Part shown: in pieces, positions 9,698 to 18,963 of the stretch
How positions within the stretch are numbered: the first letter of the stretch is position 1
How the letters are laid out: the number at the start of each line of letters is the position of its first letter
From: an uncultured Bifidobacterium sp.
Lineage (GTDB): Bacteria; Acidobacteriota; Vicinamibacteria; Vicinamibacterales; CAVVIG01
DNA length: 64,000 nt
Assembly (NCBI GenBank): GCA_964577955.1
Contig: CAZOAZ010000023.1
Coordinates: 8,005-72,004, forward strand
Reading direction: 5' to 3'
Translations under genes and position numbers: made by a program
Notes under the pieces: model-generated
The model's input: only the letters and a program-made list of their open reading frames with translations
Databases searched by the model: none
Told to the model about the DNA's origin: nothing

Positions 9698-10875
9698 GGG
9701 GCGAGAAGAGCCTGATAGCTGTCGAGATACTGACGTGCGGTTTCGTCGAGCGAAAACTGCGTCTCGATCGTGCGCCGCGCCGCGCGCCCGAAGCGGTCGC
9801 GCCTGGCGGAATCGGTCGCGAGCGTCGTCAGTGCATCGGCGAGCGCGGACCGATCGCCTGGAGGCACCAGCAGGCCGCTCTCGCCGTCCGCGATCAAACG
9901 GTCGGTGATTCCTTCGAGTCGCGTCGTGACGCAGGCCATGCCGCTGGCCATGGCCTCGAGAAGCGCGTTGGGCATCCCTTCGCGAAGCGAGGGCAGGACG
10001 AAGATGTCGGCCGCGCGGTAGTAGCGTTCGATCTCCAGCGTCGATTCGACAAAGACCACGCGGTCGGTGACGCCTTTCGCCGCCGCATCGCGCCGGATGG
10101 CCGGCGCCAGCGCGGCGTCGATCTCATGGTAGGTGGCGCCGGTCGCGCCGATGAAGACCAGCACCGCTGGTGACTTCGTCCGCGCCGCCATGTCGTGCCA
10201 CGCCTCGAACAGCACGTGCGGCTGCTTTTCAACGGAGAAAAACCCGACGAAGAGCACGACCGGTGTGCCATCCGGGATCTTCAGTTCGCGCCGCAGGCTC
10301 GACCGCTCACCATCAGCTGGCGGCCGGAACCGGTCAAGATCGACGCCGTTGGAAATGACCCGGAAACGATCGCCCGGCAGTCCGGCGCCGTCGTACGACT
10401 CGCGGAACTTCGGAGTGACCGCGAAGAACATGTTCGCCCGCCGGTAGCACCAGGCCGCCAGCCGGCTGCGACGCATCATCGTCCGCGGATCGTCGTCGCC
10501 AAACGAGGTCAGCTTGATGGCGATCTTCTTGCCGCTGAGGATCGCCATCACCGTGAGCAGGACCGATTTCTGCGAGAAACCGTGCAGGTGAACGATCGCG
10601 ATACGCGGCGCGAGAGCTCGAAAGGTTCGGGCCATCCGCCACGCCGCTCCGAGCTTTGAACCGAGGCGCTTCGGATCGACGTGAATGCGATGGACCGGCA
10701 CGCCGTCGCGGCGGTCTTCCGCGGGCAGCTGCGGGTCGGTCGCCGTCGTGAGGATCTCAAACCGCACGCGATCGCTGAGCCGAGTGACGAGCGTCCGGCA
10801 CTGCAGGCCGGCGCCGCTCAATTCAGGGTAATAGGCGCCCGTGACCATGAGGACGCCGGGCCGGGTCTCGGTCAT
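9685..10875 (-). CDS. Glycosyltransferase family 4
   Basis: The start is taken at MTETRPGVLMVTGAYYPELSGAG (ATG 10875, ATGA overlap). Motif LPSLREGMPNALLEAMASGMACV. Confidence 0.85.
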   Translation of the reverse strand: MTETRPGVLMVTGAYYPELSGAGLQCRTLVTRLSDRVRFEILTTATDPQLPAEDRRDGVPVHRIHVDPKRLGSKLGAAWRMARTFRALAPRIAIVHLHGFSQKSVLLTVMAILSGKKIAIKLTSFGDDDPRTMMRRSRLAAWCYRRANMFFAVTPKFRESYDGAGLPGDRFRVISNGVDLDRFRPPADGERSSLRRELKIPDGTPVVLFVGFFSVEKQPHVLFEAWHDMAARTKSPAVLVFIGATGATYHEIDAALAPAIRRDAAAKGVTDRVVFVESTLEIERYYRAADIFVLPSLREGMPNALLEAMASGMACVTTRLEGITDRLIADGESGLLVPPGDRSALADALTTLATDSARRDRFGRAARRTIETQFSLDETARQYLDSYQALLAPCAA

Positions 10876-12167
10876 CGAGAACGGACAACTGCGGGCGTCC
10901 CGAACTGATCGTCGCGCTTCACGCGCAGCGAACGCGCCAGGAACGCGACACCACCGCCGCTGAACGCAATCAGCATCGGCTCGACCGCCCAGCGGTGACG
11001 GCCTTCCACGTAGTAGAGGCTTTGAAGGCCGGAGAGCATCAGCAGGAACGCGCCAATCAACAGCGCATCGTGTCTGGCCGAAGCCGCGGCCCGGAAGAGC
11101 CGCGATACGCCGATCGCCGCAAGGATCAGAATCGTCACGTAGTACGCCTGGTAGAGACGCAGCCAGAGCCGCGGGTACAACGTCCCCGACTGCGGAGCAA
11201 ACCACCAGAATTGGTAGAACTTCATCAGCGTCAACCGCGCGAACTGATCCGGATGCTCACGCACGAACGCGCGCGCGCGGTCGGAGAACCACTTCGCCTG
11301 CGAGAGTTCGTCGGGCTGCCCCTGAAGGTCGGCCAACTCCTCCGGCGGAATCGACGTGAGGACGATGTGATCCTTGTCGACGTAGGAGTGCCCGGTGGCG
11401 TAGGGATTGTTGCCGCGCCAGAAGTCCTCGGCGTCGGTCGTCAGCAGAAAGACGAACCTGTGATGAATGAGCGAATTGCGGATCGTCCACGGAGCGATGA
11501 CCGCAGTCGCGACCAGGCCCGCCACAACAAGCCGTGACACCGCCGGCATTCGCACCGGGCCGCTGCTGATCCAGAGCAACCAGAGGCCGACGAGCGGCAG
11601 CATGATGACGATCGTGCCGCGGGTGAGCGCGCCGATGCCGACCGCCACGCCGAACGCCGCGGCTCTCCCCCACGTCAGCTGATCGCGCAGGCGAAACGCC
11701 GCCAGCAGGGCGAGCGCGAAAAAGAACGCGTCGAACGCGAGGGCGTGCGCCTTGGTCGCGCTGTAGACGATCAAGCCGGGATGCAGCGCGACGAACACTC
11801 CGGCAGCGAACTCCGCGAGCCAGTGCCCGAAGAGCCGCCTCGCGATGGCGGCCGCCATCACCGCGAGCGCGGTTCCGGCCAGGCACTGGAGCAGCATCAG
11901 CGGCAGGATCGATCCGGTGGCCCAGTAACCGGCCGCGCCGACCCACGATGAAAGCGGCACCATGTACGAGTAGTACGGGACGCCGATGTGGTAGTAGACG
12001 AAGCCCTGGCCGGCAACAATCGCTCGAGCGGCCGAGTCGTATTCGAAACGTTCGGGATGCGTCAGACCGCCGGTGACGATGCCCGCGCCAATGCGGACGG
12101 TGAGCGCCAACACCGCGATCAATACCCAGCGCACTGCCGGGTCTGGACGTGAGACCGAACGGATCAC
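10872..12167 (-). CDS. GT-C type membrane glycosyltransferase (ArnT/PMT, GT39/GT83-like)
   Basis: 431 aa and polytopic. The first-loop acidic motif HPERFEYDSAARAIV is typical of polyprenyl-P-sugar-dependent GT-C enzymes. GTG start with GTGA overlap. Confidence 0.6.
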   Translation of the reverse strand: MIRSVSRPDPAVRWVLIAVLALTVRIGAGIVTGGLTHPERFEYDSAARAIVAGQGFVYYHIGVPYYSYMVPLSSWVGAAGYWATGSILPLMLLQCLAGTALAVMAAAIARRLFGHWLAEFAAGVFVALHPGLIVYSATKAHALAFDAFFFALALLAAFRLRDQLTWGRAAAFGVAVGIGALTRGTIVIMLPLVGLWLLWISSGPVRMPAVSRLVVAGLVATAVIAPWTIRNSLIHHRFVFLLTTDAEDFWRGNNPYATGHSYVDKDHIVLTSIPPEELADLQGQPDELSQAKWFSDRARAFVREHPDQFARLTLMKFYQFWWFAPQSGTLYPRLWLRLYQAYYVTILILAAIGVSRLFRAAASARHDALLIGAFLLMLSGLQSLYYVEGRHRWAVEPMLIAFSGGGVAFLARSLRVKRDDQFGTPAVVRSR

Positions 12168-12946
12168 TTTTCAGCGATGACGAAGTACCCCGTCGTGAAC
12201 GACGGCTGCGAGTCGATCTGCTGCGCGATGGCACGATGGGCGTCGCGCCACTGCAGGAGGCGTCCGGTTTCAAAGAGCGCCTTGCGGACCAGGCGGGCAC
12301 CGGCGTGACGGGCGGACAACTGGCGGCCGCCGAACTCGACGAACATGCCGAGGCTGCCGAGGTACCCGCCCATCCCGAACACGCGCACATCCGAGAAGGA
12401 CGTGTGCAGCTGACGCAGACCATCGGCGGTGAACCGCTGGAAGTCGCGCGGATCGTTATGGACCGGGTAGAGAAACGGCGCTGACGCGATGAAGACGCCG
12501 CGTGGCCGGAGCAGGCGGTGCGCCTCATTGACGCAGGCCGCCGGATCGGCCAGATGTTCGAGCACCTCCGTGCAGACCACGCAGTCGGCGCTTCCGTCGG
12601 GCAGCGGCACGTGCGACACGTCGCACAGAAAGTCCGGCGAGGTCTCGGGATCCAGGTTGACGTACTTCCAGGTGGTGCCTTCGGCGGCCGGCGGCCGGAA
12701 CGTGCCGCGCTTGCGCTCCCGCTTGCCGCCCAAATCGATTACCGCCCCGCGCATCAGCGGCGCGCACCAGTCCATGTAGGCATCGAGCAGATGACGCCGA
12801 TAACTCACCGCCCGCCGCATCAAGGTCAGGCTGGTGGGAATCGGCGGGCGCTCAGGCATCGGCAGGCGGCGATCGATCGCCGGCAGCGTCCGCGCGGAGA
12901 GCGGCAGCGGGCTGGCGAGATCGTGTGCGATCGCACTGGTCTTCAT
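12164..12946 (-). CDS. Class I SAM-dependent methyltransferase
   Basis: The start is taken at MKTSAIAHD (ATG 12946, ATGA overlap). Motifs VIDLGG and ADCVVCTEVLEHLADP..LLRPRGVF (Methyltransf_11-like). Confidence 0.75.
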   Translation of the reverse strand: MKTSAIAHDLASPLPLSARTLPAIDRRLPMPERPPIPTSLTLMRRAVSYRRHLLDAYMDWCAPLMRGAVIDLGGKRERKRGTFRPPAAEGTTWKYVNLDPETSPDFLCDVSHVPLPDGSADCVVCTEVLEHLADPAACVNEAHRLLRPRGVFIASAPFLYPVHNDPRDFQRFTADGLRQLHTSFSDVRVFGMGGYLGSLGMFVEFGGRQLSARHAGARLVRKALFETGRLLQWRDAHRAIAQQIDSQPSFTTGYFVIAEK

Positions 12947-14034
12947 CGCATATCTCCCTCGGAGAATGGCGGGCGCGGCGGCCGCAGACGGGTCCGCCAC
13001 CTCACGTAACTGTCGTACAAAGCTGCCCTGGTCCGCAAGACTCGATTGGCGCCGGCACCGCACGCGCGCCCGGCCACCACCGCGTCGCGACGGCTGAGAA
13101 GGTCCTGAAAGAGCGTCAGATAGCTCTCGCACATACGGTCGGCGGTGTAGGGATACTCCGACATCCGCGCCTTGAGCGCCCCGTAGCAGCCGCGCATCTT
13201 GGTCAACGCTGCCTCGAACGTCGCGGCGTCGAAGCCGACGCCGAACCGGTCGCAATACTCAGGCAGCGCACCGCTCATCCGGTAGAGGATCGGCAGGCCG
13301 CACAGCGCGCCCTCGATGTGATGCATGCCGGCCGGCTCGTTCTGCGACGCCGTCAGGTAGACGTGATGACCGGCGAGCGCCGCGCCAAGCGCCGTGCCGT
13401 GACGAGGCGCGAGGACGTCGGTGTGGCGAAAGGAGAAGCCCACCGGCAGCTTGCCGATGTATGTGAATCTGAACTGCTTCGCGAACGTCTCCTGCCCCAG
13501 CATCTCGTCGAAGTGCCGGTAAACGTCGAACCCCTTCATCCAGTGATCGCTCCAGTGGTGGGTGACGACACGCAGCGGCTCGCGGCCGTCCCAGACGACG
13601 CCGGATGGTTTGAAGACGTGCGGATCGCCGCCGTTGCGGATCACGTGGACGTCCGCGAAGGGCCGCCCGCGTCTCGCGAAGAGATCGGCCAGCCACTCGG
13701 AAATGAACACCGTCGCGTCAGCGCAGCCGTTCGCCAGCTCGAGCCTCCGGTTGACGTGCTTCGTGCCCTTCCGTTCGTCACACTCGTTGATGCGGTGCAC
13801 GACCAACGCACGCGGATTCACCGCGAGATAGCGGAGGATGTCGACGTCGTTGAAGGCGGAGCTCGCAGATGCCCGGCGAGGTTCGGTCAGCAGGATCAGA
13901 TCGAGATCGCGAGCAGACAGATCGCGCTCCACGGTGACGCCACGATCTTGGAGAAAGTCGGCGATCGCGTTCGCGAACTGATTCCCGCCGCCCCAGGGCC
14001 CTTCACGCCGCCGGACACCGAGCGCAACCTTCAC
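12943..14034 (-). CDS. GT-B fold glycosyltransferase (GT4-like)
   Basis: 363 aa. N-terminus GPWGGGNQFANAIADFL and C-terminal TASQNEPAGMHHIEGALCGLPIL (EX7E-like). GTG start with GTGA overlap. Confidence 0.65.
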   Translation of the reverse strand: MKVALGVRRREGPWGGGNQFANAIADFLQDRGVTVERDLSARDLDLILLTEPRRASASSAFNDVDILRYLAVNPRALVVHRINECDERKGTKHVNRRLELANGCADATVFISEWLADLFARRGRPFADVHVIRNGGDPHVFKPSGVVWDGREPLRVVTHHWSDHWMKGFDVYRHFDEMLGQETFAKQFRFTYIGKLPVGFSFRHTDVLAPRHGTALGAALAGHHVYLTASQNEPAGMHHIEGALCGLPILYRMSGALPEYCDRFGVGFDAATFEAALTKMRGCYGALKARMSEYPYTADRMCESYLTLFQDLLSRRDAVVAGRACGAGANRVLRTRAALYDSYVRWRTRLRPPRPPFSEGDMR

Positions 14035-15044
14035 GCGGGTGTCTCAAGGGCGAGGGCCACCGTCACCGGCGCGAGAATCTCATCGACGGTGATCTCGTGC
14101 AGGCACTTCTTGCCGTAGGGACAGTTCCCACGCAGGCCGCACGGCGCGCAATCCACGTATTTGCAGACGATGGTGTGGCGCTCCTTGTAGCCGGCAAACT
14201 CCGGCAGCGACGTGCCGCCCCAGGCGATCACCGCGGGTACGCCCACGGCGTTGGCCGCGTTCATCAGGCCGCCGTCGAGGCCGAGAAAGAGCCGCGCCTG
14301 CTTCATGAGAAGGACGGCGACACGGAACGGCAGCTTGCCTGAGAGATCGATCACTCGCTGAAGCGATGGCCGTCCACCCTCGCCGATTTGGACGACCTGA
14401 TAGCGTCCCTCCTCGACGATCCGATCGACGACCGCCTGCCAGCGTTCGAACGGCCAGGCGCGAAGATCGCCGAACCAGGCGTCGTTCGAGTTGGGCTCGA
14501 TGACGACGAACTCACGCGCGATCCCGTGCGTTTGCCGCGCCACCGCGACCTCGCGCTCTTCGTCAGCCGTGAAATACATCTCGCAGGTGTGATCGGAGGC
14601 AGGGATTCCGTAGTTCGCCAGAATGATGTCGATGATGTGGCCACCAGGCTTCCACACCAGCCGCTCCGCCGTCTCGCGCTCGACATAGCTGTGGCGCTGC
14701 AGATCGATATGGGCATCGAACTGACCGGTCCGCTTCGCCCGGCGCATCATCAGCCTGAGCACGAGCGATTCATAGGACGCAGTCAAACCCAGCCGGCGAA
14801 TCCCCGCGTGAACAAAGCGATCGACTGACGCCGCCAACGTGGACTTGGGCTGCACCGGCGGATGGACGATGCGAGGGTTGCCGCGAAAGATGAGATCGTC
14901 GGCGAGTGTGACATCGCCGCGGTACAAACGGCCGGCCGCAAGATCGGAGGCCATCGGCGCATAACACACGCGCACCGGCTCACCGCTGCGCTCGTGTAGC
15001 GTGCGGATGACCGATGACCAGAGCAGATGTCCGCCAAGACCCAT
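14031..15044 (-). CDS. Glycosyltransferase family 9 (heptosyltransferase-like)
   Basis: Motifs LRAWPFERWQAVVDRI..VVQIGEGG..GLDGGLMNAANAVGVPAVIAWGGTS and a C-terminal CAPCGLRGNCPYGKKC. The start is taken at MGLGGHLLW (ATG 15044); the ORF is open to 15206, so the start is uncertain. Confidence 0.75.
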   Translation of the reverse strand: MGLGGHLLWSSVIRTLHERSGEPVRVCYAPMASDLAAGRLYRGDVTLADDLIFRGNPRIVHPPVQPKSTLAASVDRFVHAGIRRLGLTASYESLVLRLMMRRAKRTGQFDAHIDLQRHSYVERETAERLVWKPGGHIIDIILANYGIPASDHTCEMYFTADEEREVAVARQTHGIAREFVVIEPNSNDAWFGDLRAWPFERWQAVVDRIVEEGRYQVVQIGEGGRPSLQRVIDLSGKLPFRVAVLLMKQARLFLGLDGGLMNAANAVGVPAVIAWGGTSLPEFAGYKERHTIVCKYVDCAPCGLRGNCPYGKKCLHEITVDEILAPVTVALALETPA

Positions 15045-15129
15045 GCCGTCAGCGCCGCCGTTGTATGATGAACCGCTTGTCCGGCCGCACTCGCCAACTC
15101 GCCTGCCCGACGGCACGCCGACGCCCGCA
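15045..15129. promoter_or_regulatory. Divergent intergenic region between the GT9 gene (-) and the carbamoyltransferase gene (+); candidate promoters
   Basis: This is the only divergent gap in the window (85 nt). It contains a -10-like TATGAT at 15064-15069 on the plus strand. No convincing -35 element. Confidence 0.3.
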
Positions 15130-16896
15130 ATGAACGTTCTCGGAATCAGCCTGGGCCACGATTCGAGCGTCGCGCTCGTGGACGAGGGCCGCATCGCCGG
15201 CATCATGGAAGCCGAGCGGCTGTTCCGGCAGAAGCGCTACAAGCTCCACGCGGTCACGCTCGAACCGGGCAAGCATCCGTCCGGCTTTCAGCAGGTCGAC
15301 ATCGAGGACCTGCGCCGCTTCCTCCGCCTTGCCGTCTCGACGTGGGGCGCCACGTTCGACGCCGTCGCCGTGCAGAACCAGGGGCGCGAGGACGAGTTCG
15401 TCAACCTCCAGACCGTCCTGCGGGACGAGGGCATTCGCGCGCACGAGTTCCGGCACGTCGATCATCATCTGAGCCACGCCGCGCTCGCCTACTACACGTC
15501 GCCGTTCGCCGAGGCGTTGATCCTCAGTTACGACGGGATGGGCAACGACGGTTTCACCGTGCTCTTCCGCGGCCAGGGTGCGTCGCTCGAGTACCTCGAA
15601 CGCGACCCGCACCAGTTCGGGCGGAGCTACAACAATCTCGGCTACATCGCCGGCGTGGCGCCGGACGTGGCCGGATCGACGGCCGGCAAGACGATGGGGC
15701 TGGCGGCGTACGGTGAACTCCGGCCCGACTGGATGGCGTTCGCCACCGACTACGTTCGCCGCTACGAAAAACTGCCGCCGCGCGCAGTGACCGGGCTTGC
15801 CGACCACGGCAAGAGCCATCGGATCAATTCGCTGGCGCTCGATCGCATTCCCGAGCTGCAGCCGTTTCTGGTTCCCGCGCCGCCCGAGGCCCCAGTCGGC
15901 CTTCGCGCGACGCTTGCGGCGCTGGCCAGGGGGCGAGCGAACGAACTGCGATTGCCCGGTCCTGACCACCCGCTCGCGCAGTCGCTCGCCAATACGGTGC
16001 AGCAGGCGTGGAGTGCCGAAGTGCTCGGGCTCCTCGGCAAGGTGCGCGACACGAGCCGGAACATCGCGGTGGTCGGCGGTTGCGCGCTGAACGGCGTCAC
16101 CAACTACCAGATTGAAGAGTCGGGCCTGTTTGCGCGCACCCACTTCCTGCCCAATCCGACCGACTGCGGTCTGTCGGCAGGGGCGGCGCTGCATGCGTAC
16201 TACGGTCTGAGCGGCGCGCCGTTCGACGGTCATGCCGACTACCTGACGCCGTACCTCGGCACGGAAGTCTTCGATCGTGACGAACTGCCCGCGCTGCGGC
16301 AGCGCTATCCGCATCGCCGGATCGGCGGCGGCGCGTCCGACCTCGCGTCGGTCCTGGCGTGGCTCATTCATCGCGATCTGATCGTCGGCGTGATCCGCGG
16401 CCGCTACGAAGTCGGGCCGCGCGCGCTCGGCAACCGGTCGATCTTCTGCAACCCGCTCAACCCGTCGATGCGCGAGGTCCTGAACGCCCGCGTCAAGCAT
16501 CGCGAGTGGTACCGCCCCTTCGCGCCGGTCGTGTCGGCCGAAGATGCGCCACGCTATTTCACCAACGCCGCCGACATCCCCTACATGTCGGTGATCTGCT
16601 TCACGAAGCCCGAGCACCGGAAACTGCTGCCCTCGATCACGCACGTCGACGGCAGCGCGCGCCTGCAGACCATCCGGCGCGATCACCATCCGTTCCTGCA
16701 TGACACGTTGAAGGCGTTCGAACGTCTGAGCGGAGTGCCCATCCTGCTGAATACGTCGTTCAATCCCGGCGGGGAGCCGATCCTGAATTACTGCCGCGTC
16801 GGCCTCGAGATGCTCGAGACCACCGACCTCGATCTCGTGTTGATCGACGACGAGCTCTTCTGTCGGCCGGGTCGCGAAGCGCTGCTGAACATCTAG
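15130..16896 (+). CDS. Carbamoyltransferase (NodU/CmcH family)
   Basis: The start is taken at MNVLGISLGHDSSVALVDEG (typical Carbam_trans_N opening). C-terminal motifs HVDGSARLQT and LLNTSFNPGGEPIL. This is the only credible plus-strand gene. Confidence 0.88.
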   Translation: MNVLGISLGHDSSVALVDEGRIAGIMEAERLFRQKRYKLHAVTLEPGKHPSGFQQVDIEDLRRFLRLAVSTWGATFDAVAVQNQGREDEFVNLQTVLRDEGIRAHEFRHVDHHLSHAALAYYTSPFAEALILSYDGMGNDGFTVLFRGQGASLEYLERDPHQFGRSYNNLGYIAGVAPDVAGSTAGKTMGLAAYGELRPDWMAFATDYVRRYEKLPPRAVTGLADHGKSHRINSLALDRIPELQPFLVPAPPEAPVGLRATLAALARGRANELRLPGPDHPLAQSLANTVQQAWSAEVLGLLGKVRDTSRNIAVVGGCALNGVTNYQIEESGLFARTHFLPNPTDCGLSAGAALHAYYGLSGAPFDGHADYLTPYLGTEVFDRDELPALRQRYPHRRIGGGASDLASVLAWLIHRDLIVGVIRGRYEVGPRALGNRSIFCNPLNPSMREVLNARVKHREWYRPFAPVVSAEDAPRYFTNAADIPYMSVICFTKPEHRKLLPSITHVDGSARLQTIRRDHHPFLHDTLKAFERLSGVPILLNTSFNPGGEPILNYCRVGLEMLETTDLDLVLIDDELFCRPGREALLNI

Positions 16897-17142
16897 TTCG
16901 CAAGATCAGAGCTCTCAACACAGAGCCCGCAGAGTTCGCAGAGACGCTTCGGATAACTGCGGCACACGCATCGACGCGGCGCCGCGAAGCGGCGGCCTCC
17001 GCGCTCGGCCGGCTACGCCGGCCGGCCCGCGTCGAATCGCGATCCATTTCCTCTGTGCCTCTGTGTCTCCGTGGCGCATTTCAGACAAGCAAGATTTTCG
17101 TGTTTTCGTGTCTTCGTGGCGCATTCTAGAACCACGTCGAAG
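16897..17142. repeat. Convergent intergenic region with short tandem arrays and GC-rich hairpins (probable bidirectional terminator / REP-like zone)
   Basis: One array is 3 x 8-nt (ctctgtgc ctctgtgt ctccgtgg, 17051-17074) followed by cgcatt. A second is 3 x 8-nt (ttttcgtg ttttcgtg tcttcgtg, 17095-17118) followed by gcgcatt. Within these, an 18-mer gtgtctYcgtggcgcatt occurs twice (17063-17080, 17108-17125). CAGAG occurs three times at 9-nt spacing (16921-16943). There are hairpins cggccgg-ctacg-ccggccg (17006-17024) and gccgc-gaa-gcggc (16981-16993). Confidence 0.55.
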
Positions 17143-18963
17143 TCAGACCCCCTGCAACGCCAGCGGCTCGGTCGTCGCCTTCACTTTGTAGAGCCAGTGG
17201 TCGTACAGCCAGTGTCGCGTGCGTGTCCCGAGGGTTTCGAAAAACGTGGATTGATCCGCGATGTCGAACACGCTCCGGCGGGTCAGCTCGCGCGCGAACG
17301 CGGGGCCTGACGGCAGATACGTGAAGTAGATCGGATTGTCGCGCACGCCGGCGGGCAGCGCCGCCGGATCCGGTCCGGTCCCCAGTTCACGACCGAGCTC
17401 GCGGACCGCCGCCGCAACCTTGTCGCCGGCGCCGATGCGCACGGCGTGAGCCGACGCCACCTGACCGAAGCGTTTCCAGGTCCACTCGTCGTTCGGCAGG
17501 TGGACGAACTCGCGGGCCAGGCGATCGCCTTCCGGCACGCGCGTGCACCAGTCGAAAATCCGCTGCAGCATCACGCCCTGATCGCAATAGCGGTTGTTCT
17601 GCTCGTCGTCCAGATAGCGCAGCTCCGCGATCGGTTTTGCGCCAAGCCGTGGACGGCGTAGTAGTGGATCCTCGACGAAGACGTCGGCGCTGAGCGCATC
17701 CTTGCGGCGGATGACGAAATCGTCGACGAGCGGATTGTGCTTCTCGCCGCGGGTGTGCTGCCGGACGACAGCTTCGATCGCGGCCGGACCGCCGGCGACG
17801 TGGCGCAGCACGCTTCGGCTGAAAAAGCGATCGTCGAGGTCGTCGTTCGATCCGGTATAGAGCTCGTACTTGCTGGCGATCGTGCCCATCGCGGTCCCAC
17901 CGTACGGAGCCAGGATCGACGTCCACCCCATCTCCGGCGCCAACCGCACGTTGAGTGCCAGCGTCTGCAGGTCGGTCTCGAGGTCGCTGAACGGCACCAT
18001 CAAGATCTGCTGCAGCCGCAGCGTCAGACCGCGCGCCTGAATCCGCTCGACACCTTCCTGGATCAGTTCGTCCGACATGCCGCGCTTCAGCACGTAGCGG
18101 CGCAGGAAGTCGTTGCCGGATTCGACCGCCAGCGTGATGCCGGTGCAACCGGCCTCGCGGAACAGGTCGAGCCGCTCGAGCCCGACATCGTGGCGCGTCA
18201 GCTCGAGGCGGATCTGACAGTGCCACGGCACGCCGATCTCTTCCTTCCAACGGCGCGCGAACTCCCGCAGCCACGGCACCTTGAAGCCGAAGATGTCGTC
18301 CTGGAAGTAGATCATCGACAGCGGATAGCGATCCCGCATCAACCGGGCTTCGGCAATCAGCTGTTCGACTGGACGCTCGTTTCCCTCGTAGCCGCCGTAC
18401 ATGTCGTTGTAGACCGGCGCGTAGCAGTACGAACACTCGAAGGGGCAGCCGACCGTCGCCATCATGCTCTTGATGGGACTGCGCGCGTAATCGGGAAAGG
18501 CGTCATACAGCAGACGCCGCGCCGGAACCGGAAAGCCCTCGGCCACCCGCACCGGATCGTGCTGCAGTCCGCGCGGCAGCTCGCCGGCAAGCAGCTTCCG
18601 GAAGAAACGAAACGCCTCGCCCTTGATCACCCAGTCGGCGTGCTTCGCGCAGTCCTCGGCAAAGTAGGTCGCGTGCGGGCCGCCGATCACGACATTCACG
18701 CCCATCTCACGGACGATGTCCGCGGCGCCAAACGCCTGGACGTGATAGCCGGTCCAGATCGAGAAACCCACCAGATCGGGCTGGAACGCCGCGACCTCGT
18801 CGAAGAGCGGCTGAAAATCGAAATCGCGAATCAGCACGGTCTTCGCGTCCCAGCCTTCGGCCTCGGCCAGGCCGAGCAGGTGCAGGATGCCGAGCGGTTC
18901 GATCGAATAATGACGGCCGACCAGAATCAGCCGCGGCTTCCGCCCATTTGGAGTTGTCATCAT
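17143..18963 (-). CDS. B12-binding domain radical SAM enzyme (class B), copy 1
   Basis: 606 aa. The N-terminal cobalamin-binding-like Rossmann region is RLILVGRHYSIEPLGILHL..PDLVGFSIWTG..VVIGGPHATY. The canonical cluster motif is GCPFECSYC (CX3CX2C). Confidence 0.88.
   Translation of the reverse strand: MMTTPNGRKPRLILVGRHYSIEPLGILHLLGLAEAEGWDAKTVLIRDFDFQPLFDEVAAFQPDLVGFSIWTGYHVQAFGAADIVREMGVNVVIGGPHATYFAEDCAKHADWVIKGEAFRFFRKLLAGELPRGLQHDPVRVAEGFPVPARRLLYDAFPDYARSPIKSMMATVGCPFECSYCYAPVYNDMYGGYEGNERPVEQLIAEARLMRDRYPLSMIYFQDDIFGFKVPWLREFARRWKEEIGVPWHCQIRLELTRHDVGLERLDLFREAGCTGITLAVESGNDFLRRYVLKRGMSDELIQEGVERIQARGLTLRLQQILMVPFSDLETDLQTLALNVRLAPEMGWTSILAPYGGTAMGTIASKYELYTGSNDDLDDRFFSRSVLRHVAGGPAAIEAVVRQHTRGEKHNPLVDDFVIRRKDALSADVFVEDPLLRRPRLGAKPIAELRYLDDEQNNRYCDQGVMLQRIFDWCTRVPEGDRLAREFVHLPNDEWTWKRFGQVASAHAVRIGAGDKVAAAVRELGRELGTGPDPAALPAGVRDNPIYFTYLPSGPAFARELTRRSVFDIADQSTFFETLGTRTRHWLYDHWLYKVKATTEPLALQGV

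Noticed and set aside
17051-17126. Possible CRISPR array or minisatellite, judged from the tandem octamers.
   Set aside because: The units are only 8 nt with three copies each. There are no spacer-sized unique segments and no cas genes, so I report it as short intergenic repeats instead.
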